DNA of 64,000 nucleotides from an uncultured Alphaproteobacteria bacterium (GTDB lineage Bacteria; Pseudomonadota; Alphaproteobacteria; RF32; CAG-239): NCBI GenBank assembly GCA_944391375.1, contig CALXTJ010000001.1, positions 49,729 to 113,728 of the forward strand, read 5' to 3'. Shown piece by piece: positions 56,880 to 64,000 of this stretch (position 1 is its first letter; each line of letters starts with the position of its first letter). The notes under the pieces were generated by a model. It saw only the letters and a program-made list of their open reading frames with translations, ran no database searches and was not told where the DNA came from. The position numbers and the translations under genes were made by a program.

Positions 56880-57590
56880 ATGAAACCTAAATATAAACGC
56901 ATATTATTAAAACTTTCCGGCGAAGGCTTAATGGGTAATAAACCGTTCGGCATCTGCGGGGAAGAAGTTTTACGACTTTGCAAGCAAATAAAACAGATTC
57001 ATGATTTAGGAGTTGAAATCTGTTTGGTAATAGGCGGCGGTAATATATTCCGCGGAGCCAAAGAGGCGGCCGAAGGCATGGACAGAAGCATGGCCGACCA
57101 AGTTGGAATGTTGGCAACGGTAATGAACGCTTTGTATTTGCAGGATTGCTTATTAAAACTCGGGGTAGATACAAGGGTTATGTCAGGATTACAAATGCCT
57201 GAAGTTTGTGAGCCGTATGTTTACCAAAAGGCAGTAAGACACCTTAAAAAAGGTCGGGTTCTGATTTTTGCCGCCGGAACGGGATGTCCGTATTTTACAA
57301 CCGATACCGGAGCGGCGTTAAGAGCTTCGGAAATGCACTGTGAGGCCATATTCAAGGCCACGCAGGTTGACGGAGTTTATGACAGCGATCCTCGTTATAA
57401 TGACAAAGCTAAACGCTTTGAACAAGTAAGTTATGACGAAGTAATAGAAAAAAAGCTGAAAATTATGGATATTTCGGCAGTAGTACTTGCCAAAGAGAGC
57501 AAAATAAGGATAATTGTTTTCAAACAACAGGGTGAAGATTCTTTAATGGATGCAGTATGCGGTAAAGGACTTTTTACCACGGTAAAATAA
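56880..57590 (+). CDS. pyrH: UMP kinase
   Basis: …KRILLKLSGE…VIGGGNIFRG…. Confidence 0.95.
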   Translation: MKPKYKRILLKLSGEGLMGNKPFGICGEEVLRLCKQIKQIHDLGVEICLVIGGGNIFRGAKEAAEGMDRSMADQVGMLATVMNALYLQDCLLKLGVDTRVMSGLQMPEVCEPYVYQKAVRHLKKGRVLIFAAGTGCPYFTTDTGAALRASEMHCEAIFKATQVDGVYDSDPRYNDKAKRFEQVSYDEVIEKKLKIMDISAVVLAKESKIRIIVFKQQGEDSLMDAVCGKGLFTTVK

Positions 57591-57607
57591 CAAAAGCAGA
57601 GGTTAAT

Positions 57608-58171
57608 ATGTCAGAATTTAGTGAAATTAAGAACGATGCTCAAACCAGAATGGAAAAAACTTTAGAATCTTTGCGGGCTGATTTCGGAGGCCTGCGAGCC
57701 GGACGGGCTCATGCAAGCTTATTGGACGGTATTATGGTTGAGGCTTACGGTAATTTAACACCCATTTCGCAAGTAGGAACGGTAAATGTGCCTGATCCCC
57801 GAACCTTATCGGTAAGCGTTTGGGATAAAAGCTTGGCCAAAAGTGTTGAAAAAGCTCTTCGTGAAAGCGATTTGGGTTTAAATCCGGTAACGGACGGAGC
57901 TCTTATTCGTATTCCGATACCGCCTTTAAGCGAAGAGCGTCGTAAGGAGTTGGTAAAAATTGCCGGTAAGTACAGCGAGCAGAATAAAGTTGCGATTCGT
58001 AATATCAGAAGAGATGCTTTAGACGGTGTTAAAAAGCTTAAAAAAGACAATTTAATATCGGAAGATGAAGAAAAGCGTTTTGAAAACGAAATTCAAAAGA
58101 TGACGGACGATGCCGTTAAAAAAATAGATGAAATGCTGGCCGCCAAAGAAAAAGATATTATGCAGGTATAG
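57608..58171 (+). CDS. frr: Ribosome recycling factor
   Basis: Conserved Frr sequence, following pyrH. Confidence 0.95.
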   Translation: MSEFSEIKNDAQTRMEKTLESLRADFGGLRAGRAHASLLDGIMVEAYGNLTPISQVGTVNVPDPRTLSVSVWDKSLAKSVEKALRESDLGLNPVTDGALIRIPIPPLSEERRKELVKIAGKYSEQNKVAIRNIRRDALDGVKKLKKDNLISEDEEKRFENEIQKMTDDAVKKIDEMLAAKEKDIMQV

Positions 58172-58179
58172 GACTTACA

Positions 58180-58887
58180 TTGGTGACGAACAATAATTTG
58201 CAACATATCGCCGTGATTATGGACGGCAACGGTCGCTGGGCGGCCAAAAGAGGCTTACCGCGAAATGCCGGCCACAAAAAAGGAGCGGAAGTTGTTATAG
58301 AAACAGCCAAAGCGGTTAAGGAGCTGGGCGTTCCGTATTTGACCATTTATGCTTTTTCCACCGAAAATTGGAAGCGAAGCAAACAAGAGGTTGATGGCTT
58401 AATGAACTTGTTGCGGCAGTACCTGGACAGCAACTTTGAGGAACTGGAAAAAAACGATGTACGGATTCGCTTTATCGGGGAAAGAGGTATGTTGGATGCG
58501 GATATCGTAAACAAGATGGAAAATCTTGAAAAAAGGACTATATCAAACCGGAGTTTGGTGTTGCAGATAGCGTTAAGTTACGGATCGCGTCAGGAAATTG
58601 TCAATGCCGTAAGGAGGACGGCTCAAAAGGTTAAAAACGGCGAGTTGGCAATTACCGACATTGATGAAAACGAGTTTTCGCAGATGTTGTATACGGCCGA
58701 AGTTCCGGATCCTGATTTGCTGATTCGTACCAGCGGCGAGCAGCGTTTGAGCAATTATTTGCTATGGCAATTGGCCTATACGGAATTGTTTTTTACAAAT
58801 ACCCTATGGCCGGATTTTAACAAAGAAGAATTAAAATCAATAATAGAAAATTATAAAACAAGGGAGAGAAGATATGGTAAAGCCTGA
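58180..58887 (+). CDS. uppS: Undecaprenyl diphosphate synthase
   Basis: …HIAVIMDGNGRWA…, with a TTG or GTG start. Confidence 0.9.
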   Translation: MVTNNNLQHIAVIMDGNGRWAAKRGLPRNAGHKKGAEVVIETAKAVKELGVPYLTIYAFSTENWKRSKQEVDGLMNLLRQYLDSNFEELEKNDVRIRFIGERGMLDADIVNKMENLEKRTISNRSLVLQIALSYGSRQEIVNAVRRTAQKVKNGELAITDIDENEFSQMLYTAEVPDPDLLIRTSGEQRLSNYLLWQLAYTELFFTNTLWPDFNKEELKSIIENYKTRERRYGKA

Positions 58888-59740
58888 TAAAGCAGCAAAA
58901 AAGCCCGAAAAGGCAGTTAAAGAAAAAAAGATGGGTTCATTGGCCAAACGCACTTTGGCTGCTTTGGTAATGCTGCCGGTGGTTATCGGAGCCTTATGGG
59001 TAGGATATCCGTTTATAGATGTTCTGGCACTTGTTGTCGGATCATTATTGGCCTGGGAGTGGGCTAACATGGCCTCAACTCGTAACAGCTCGGCTTATAT
59101 GGGGGCTTACATTATAGCTTTGGCGGTGGCTCTGCTGGTTTATGATACAACGGCTTTGGTATCGGCCATAATTTTAGCTTCGCTTTATGTGTGGTTTAAG
59201 GCTTCAAAAGAAGAGCATCGCTACATATTAACCTTGGGAGTTCCGTACATTTCCATCGGTGTCGGTTCGTTGTTGTGGATTTATCACGATGTATTTATTT
59301 ATCATCCGTACGATTTTTACATGACCTTATGGTTTATGCTGATGGTTTGGGCAATGGATATCGGCGGGTATATAGTCGGATGTAATCTGAAAGGTCCGAA
59401 ATTGGCTCCCAAAATCAGTCCCAACAAAACTTGGTCGGGGTTAATCGGCGGTATAGTGTTTGCCGTTGCCGCCAGCACAATTTATTTTTATTTATTATCC
59501 TTTCCGGGAGTTATCAAAATAGATTCCAATTCGCAAATTTTCTTTGCGGTTTTGGGAGGTGTTATCGCTGCGGTATCACAAATCGGCGATTTAATTGAAT
59601 CGGCCATAAAAAGAAGATTGGGTTTAAAAGATTCCAGTAATCTGATACCCGGACACGGCGGAGTTTTTGACCGCATAGACGGTTTGATTTTTGCCGCACC
59701 TTTTGTTTATTGGTTGTTTGCATATGCTTTGTGGTACTAG
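58874..59740 (+). CDS. cdsA: Phosphatidate cytidylyltransferase
   Basis: A polytopic membrane protein with a conserved C-terminus …SAIKRRLGLKDSSNLIPGHGGVFDRID…. Confidence 0.9.
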   Translation: MVKPDKAAKKPEKAVKEKKMGSLAKRTLAALVMLPVVIGALWVGYPFIDVLALVVGSLLAWEWANMASTRNSSAYMGAYIIALAVALLVYDTTALVSAIILASLYVWFKASKEEHRYILTLGVPYISIGVGSLLWIYHDVFIYHPYDFYMTLWFMLMVWAMDIGGYIVGCNLKGPKLAPKISPNKTWSGLIGGIVFAVAASTIYFYLLSFPGVIKIDSNSQIFFAVLGGVIAAVSQIGDLIESAIKRRLGLKDSSNLIPGHGGVFDRIDGLIFAAPFVYWLFAYALWY

Positions 59741-59764
59741 TTTAAGAAAGGCAGATAAAAAGTT

Positions 59765-60901
59765 ATGGAGTGGTTGCTCAATATAGTTTATTATGTTGTT
59801 CCCTTTTTAATATTATTGGGAATTTTGGTATTTGTACATGAGTTCGGACATTTTCTGATTGCTCGTCTGGTGGGAGTTCAGGTTAGTGCTTTTTCCATAG
59901 GGTTTGGTAAAGAATTATGGAGTCGCACCGATAAAAAAGGAACATGTTGGAAAATTTCGGCCATACCGCTGGGCGGATATTGCCAATTTTTGGGCGATGC
60001 CGATGCTTCGTCAACAACTTCCGAAGGCAAGGCACAAGAGTTAAGTGAGGAGGAAAAGAAAAAAGCCTTTCCTTTTCAGAGCCCGTTTAAAAAATTGGCC
60101 ATAGTTTTGGCCGGTCCGGGATTTAATTATCTGTTTGCCATACTTCTTTATGCCGGGTTGTTTTTTACATTGGGAAGTTTTACTTTTCCGCCGATAGTGG
60201 GAGAAGCCGTACCGGAAGGAGCTGCCGCACAGGCAGGGATTAAATCAGGTGACCGAATTTTAAGCATTAACGGAGCCGCAATAAGCGACTTTGCCGACAT
60301 AGCCAAAGAAGTGGCCATGGCGGCCGATCGTCAGGTAAAGGTTGAAGTTCAACGCGGCGAAGAGCTACTGAATTTTGCATTTCCGTTGACCGAAATTGAA
60401 ATGGAACAAAGCGACGGTACCAAAATTAAAGAATATATGCTGGGGGTTAAGTCGGTTACTACCATAGAAGTTACCCACGAAGATTTATCATTGGGAAAAT
60501 CGTTATTGATGGGTTGTCAGGAGGTTTGGGATGTAACCGTTACTACTTTACGCGGTATCGGACAAATGATAACCGGAAAACGTAGCGGGGAAGATGTAGG
60601 CGGTGTAATCCGTATTGCGGAAATGACCGGCGATATATCCAAAACACACAGTATTATAGATTTTGTGGTTTTCATGGCTTTGTTGTCGGTTAATTTGGGA
60701 TTGATAAATTTATTCCCGATACCGGTTTTGGACGGTGGGCATGTAGTGTTTTATCTTTTGGAGATAGTAAGCGGCCGCGAATTAAACGAAAAGGTTAAGG
60801 AAGGTTTATTCAAAGTAGGGTTGGCTCTGTTATTGGCTTTAATGATTTTTGCTACCTGGAACGATATTGTTCATTTAACTGACAGGTGGTTTAACACATA
60901 A
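59765..60901 (+). CDS. rseP: Site-2 (RIP) zinc metalloprotease RseP
   Basis: HEFGHF in TM1, a PDZ domain, and LDGGH in the last TM. Confidence 0.9.
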   Translation: MEWLLNIVYYVVPFLILLGILVFVHEFGHFLIARLVGVQVSAFSIGFGKELWSRTDKKGTCWKISAIPLGGYCQFLGDADASSTTSEGKAQELSEEEKKKAFPFQSPFKKLAIVLAGPGFNYLFAILLYAGLFFTLGSFTFPPIVGEAVPEGAAAQAGIKSGDRILSINGAAISDFADIAKEVAMAADRQVKVEVQRGEELLNFAFPLTEIEMEQSDGTKIKEYMLGVKSVTTIEVTHEDLSLGKSLLMGCQEVWDVTVTTLRGIGQMITGKRSGEDVGGVIRIAEMTGDISKTHSIIDFVVFMALLSVNLGLINLFPIPVLDGGHVVFYLLEIVSGRELNEKVKEGLFKVGLALLLALMIFATWNDIVHLTDRWFNT

Positions 60902-60913
60902 AAGGAACAAGTA

Positions 60914-63175
60914 ATGAAAAAAGTATTTTTGGGGACTTTTTTAAGTTGCGTTATTCTGAGTTTTCAGGTAATGGCGGCGGACTTTACGGTAAAGACCATA
61001 GACATTTCGGGTTTACAACGAGTAGAAAGGGAAACCGTACTTTCCTATTTAGGTATTAAGCAAGGGGAAAATGTGTCGCAGGATACCATTGATGCGGCTT
61101 TTAAAAATTTATATGCCACCGGATTATTTTCGGATATAAAAATGCAAACCTTAAAGAACGGGGTTTTAAAAATTACCGTTGAAGAAAATCCGCTAATCGG
61201 CGAAAGAGCCTTTGACGGCAATGACAAATTGGATGATAAAATTTTGGAAACGGAAGTTCAGAGTGCCCCGAATACATTATATAGCAAGGCCAAAGTCCAG
61301 CAAGATGTGCAACGGATATTGGAAGTTTACAAAAGAGCCGGTCGTTATGCGGTGGAAGTAGAGCCCAAAATCATTAAGCACGATGAAAATCGGGTAGATT
61401 TGATTTTTGAAATAGACGAAGGTCCGGAAGCCAAAATCAACAAGATTAACTTTTTTGGCAACCGTCATTATTCAAGTCCGGACTTACAAGAAGTTTTAAT
61501 GAGTAAAGAGAGTCGTTGGTATCGTATATTTTCAAGTTCGGAAACTTACGATGCCGAAAAAATGAATTACGATAAGGAACTTTTGCGGCAGTTTTATACA
61601 CAAAGAGGTTATGCCGATTTTCATGTGGTTTCGGCCATAGCGGAGTTGGCACCGAATAAAAAGTCGTTTATTTTGAACTTTACCTTGGATGAAGGTCCGC
61701 GATACAAAGTAAGTGAAATAAAAATCAATTCGGCTATAAAGGAGCTGCCGGTAGCCGATTTTTATAAATATGTAACCTTTAAGAAGGGCAGTTGGTACAA
61801 TGCCAAAGAAATTGAAAAGACGGTTACGGCCTTGACCGAAGAATTGGGTCGCAAAGGTTATGTATTTGTGGAGGTAGAACCTGAGTTGCAAAGAGATTTG
61901 GCCAAATCGGAATTGGCGGTAATTTTCAACATCAAAGAAGGGGAAAGAGTTTTTGTAAACCGCATTAACATATCCGGAAACAGCCGCACTTTAGATGAGG
62001 TTATAAGGAGGGAATTCCGCTTAGATGAGGGAGATGCGTTTAATGTTTCCAAGATTCAGGATTCGCGTCGCAATATAGAAAATTTAAATTACTTCAGCAA
62101 GGTAGACATTCAATCGGTGCCGATAGATGCCAGCAAGGCGGATATAGATATTAACTTAGAGGAAAAGTCTACCGGATATTTTAATATCGGTATCGGATAT
62201 TCCACGGTTGACGGAGCTTTAATCCAGGGAGGAATTACGGAAAACAACTTTCAAGGCAAAGGCCAGCAATTAAGTTTAAACGGCAACGTATCGCAAAGGT
62301 CTAAAGACTACTCTTTAAGCTTTACCGAGCCGTACTTTTTAGGCAGAAGATTAAGTGCCGGAGCGGATATTTTCTATGGTGACGAAGACTATCAAGACGA
62401 GAGCTCGTATGACAGCTCCAGCATGGGTGGCCGGATTCGTTTGGGTTGGAATTACACCGATGATTTATACCAAGTTGTCCGTTACACCTTGCGTCAAGAC
62501 GAGATTATGGATGTAGATGCGGATGCCTCATATTACATTAAAAAAGAGGAAGGCAAGAGCACGGGTTCGGAAATCGGGCAGACTTTGGTTTACGATAAAA
62601 GAGACAGTGCGATTCGCACCAAAGACGGCTATTATTTATCTTTCGGGAACGACATAGCCGGTCTTGGCGGGGATGAAAAATATTTCCGTTTTGATGTTAA
62701 GGCATACAAATTTTTCACGGTATCTGATTACTGGACCTTTAAGTTTTATGCCAACGGCGGTTATGTTGTGGGCTACGGCGGAGAGGAAGTCAGATTATCG
62801 CAAAGATACTATTTAGGCGGCAATTCATTAAGAGGTTTTGCCTTTGGCGGTGTCGGTGACCGTGATAAAGCAACTGACGATTCGCTTGGCGGCAACTGGG
62901 TAGTATACGGCGGAGCGGAAATGTCTTTCCCGATAGGACTGGATGAAGTAGGCATCAGAGGCCGCACCTTTTTTGATATAGGTGCCATAGGCAAGCCCGA
63001 TGACATCAATACGGCATTGGTAGATTATTCATCCAAGCCCAGAGCATCAATCGGTTTTGGTTTTGAGTGGTTTTCGCCGATGGGTAAAATTGATATAGAT
63101 TTCGGTTTCCCGATAATGAAGGAAGACTATGATGAAACGGAAGTATTCCGTCTTAACTTCGGAACAAGTTTATAG
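60914..63175 (+). CDS. bamA: Outer membrane protein assembly factor BamA
   Basis: A signal peptide, five POTRA domains, and a C-terminal 16-strand barrel ending …FRLNFGTSL. Confidence 0.95.
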   Translation: MKKVFLGTFLSCVILSFQVMAADFTVKTIDISGLQRVERETVLSYLGIKQGENVSQDTIDAAFKNLYATGLFSDIKMQTLKNGVLKITVEENPLIGERAFDGNDKLDDKILETEVQSAPNTLYSKAKVQQDVQRILEVYKRAGRYAVEVEPKIIKHDENRVDLIFEIDEGPEAKINKINFFGNRHYSSPDLQEVLMSKESRWYRIFSSSETYDAEKMNYDKELLRQFYTQRGYADFHVVSAIAELAPNKKSFILNFTLDEGPRYKVSEIKINSAIKELPVADFYKYVTFKKGSWYNAKEIEKTVTALTEELGRKGYVFVEVEPELQRDLAKSELAVIFNIKEGERVFVNRINISGNSRTLDEVIRREFRLDEGDAFNVSKIQDSRRNIENLNYFSKVDIQSVPIDASKADIDINLEEKSTGYFNIGIGYSTVDGALIQGGITENNFQGKGQQLSLNGNVSQRSKDYSLSFTEPYFLGRRLSAGADIFYGDEDYQDESSYDSSSMGGRIRLGWNYTDDLYQVVRYTLRQDEIMDVDADASYYIKKEEGKSTGSEIGQTLVYDKRDSAIRTKDGYYLSFGNDIAGLGGDEKYFRFDVKAYKFFTVSDYWTFKFYANGGYVVGYGGEEVRLSQRYYLGGNSLRGFAFGGVGDRDKATDDSLGGNWVVYGGAEMSFPIGLDEVGIRGRTFFDIGAIGKPDDINTALVDYSSKPRASIGFGFEWFSPMGKIDIDFGFPIMKEDYDETEVFRLNFGTSL

Positions 63176-63193
63176 ATATTGAAGGAGCAAACA

Positions 63194-64000
63194 ATGGTAG
63201 ACAGCAATTTTTACAAAAACAACGGACCGTTTAGCCTGGCACAAATTGCCGAAATAACCGGAGCCGAGCTTACGGATAAAAGCAAGAGTGCGGAAAAGAT
63301 TTCCGGTATTGCCACCATGGAAAAAGCCGGCAGTGAGGATATATGTTTTTTCTATGACCGAAAAGCCAAAGAAAAAGCATCCAACATAAAAGCCAAGGCC
63401 TGCATTACCAATGAAGATTTGCAAACCTGGATACCGCATGGCGTTACGGTATTGGTATGTGCCAATCCGAAGTTAGCTTTTTTAAAGTTAAATCAGGCAT
63501 TTTATGAAGAGTACAAACCGCAAGCCGGGATATCTGGCAAGGCAACGATTCATTCGTCGGCCAAAATCGGTAAAGATTGTTTTATCGGAGATTATGTGGT
63601 TATTGAAGAAAATGTTGAAATCGGCGACAATTGCCGTATAGAAAACTCAAGCACGATATGCCGCGGCTGCAAAATCGGCAACAACTGCCGTATAGGAGCG
63701 GGAGCTTATGTAGCATACTGCATTATGGGCAATGATTGTTTTATTTACAGCGGAGCCAAATTAGGCTGTGACGGTTTTGGATTTAACACCATAGAAGGGC
63801 GTCATATTCGCATACCGCAGGTTGGCAGACTTATAATCGGCAACGATGTTGAAATCGGGGCCAATGCGTGTGTAGACAGAGGGGCATTGGATGATACGGT
63901 AATAGGCGACGGGTGTCGGATAGATAATTTGGTTCAGATAGCACATAACGATAAATTGGGCAGGGGCTGTGTAATTGTTTCGCAAACGGGCATAGCCGGA
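63194..64000 (+). CDS. lpxD: UDP-3-O-acylglucosamine N-acyltransferase, 3' end beyond the window
   Basis: An N-terminal LpxD domain followed by hexapeptide (left-handed beta-helix) repeats IGDNCRIEN…[10 protein letters not shown]…. Confidence 0.9.
   Translation, partial: MVDSNFYKNNGPFSLAQIAEITGAELTDKSKSAEKISGIATMEKAGSEDICFFYDRKAKEKASNIKAKACITNEDLQTWIPHGVTVLVCANPKLAFLKLNQAFYEEYKPQAGISGKATIHSSAKIGKDCFIGDYVVIEENVEIGDNCRIENSSTICRGCKIGNNCRIGAGAYVAYCIMGNDCFIYSGAKLGCDGFGFNTIEGRHIRIPQVGRLIIGNDVEIGANACVDRGALDDTVIGDGCRIDNLVQIAHNDKLGRGCVIVSQTGIAG

Noticed and set aside
1-64000. Search for tRNA or rRNA genes, transposases or IS elements, integrases and CRISPR arrays
   Set aside because: No GTTCGA/TTCGAATCC-type T-arm contexts with cloverleaf potential were found in intergenic regions. 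I saw no ORF with transposase or integrase motifs and no inverted-repeat-bounded element. Accessory content appears as islets rather than recognisable mobile elements.

Overview
This 64 kb window is a chromosomal segment from a moderately AT-rich (roughly 40-45% GC by eye) Gram-negative bacterium. It is most likely an intracellular-lifestyle alphaproteobacterium, based on an alpha-type L34 sequence ending in KLSA, an S16 with an Ala/Lys/Glu tail, a type-A RNase P RNA, an EnvZ/OmpR-like pair, and VirB10/VirB11 homologues. Housekeeping genes occupy roughly half the window. On the minus strand these are rpmH, rnpA, yidD, yidC, engB, an envZ/ompR-like pair, pgsA, uvrC, ruvA, ruvB, ybgC, topA, dprA and plsY. 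On the plus strand they are mlaA, mlaC, ffh-rpsP-rimM-trmD-rplS, rnpB-lpxC-bamD-recN, and pyrH-frr-uppS-cdsA-rseP-bamA-lpxD. Between these lie accessory regions, and the most striking is at 1-9139. A partial gene with a SPOR-like C-terminus is followed by a 1206-aa membrane-anchored protein made of a degenerate roughly 17-aa DENGNVIG repeat. Next comes a 1411-aa protein carrying the same repeat family for about 1000 aa, fused to a clear VirB10/TrbI C-terminal domain; this giant VirB10 resembles CagY in architecture. A VirB11-type ATPase follows, and no VirB8, VirB9 or VirD4 is adjacent. Other accessory content, in window order: a cysteine-rich secreted protein interrupted by a single in-frame TAA; an anaerobe-type flavodiiron protein; a 1604-aa acidic protein with no signal peptide, two tandem-repeat tracts and central glycine-zipper hydrophobic hairpins, which is a candidate secreted effector or translocator; a divergently transcribed HExxH protein; a type II restriction-modification pair in an AT-rich islet between recN and ybgC; and a three-gene cassette encoding a RimK-like ATP-grasp ligase, an inactive transglutaminase fused to 7 TM helices, and a retropepsin-like protease, which is a predicted peptide-ligation system with no experimental characterisation. 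I saw no tRNA, rRNA, CRISPR array or transposase.
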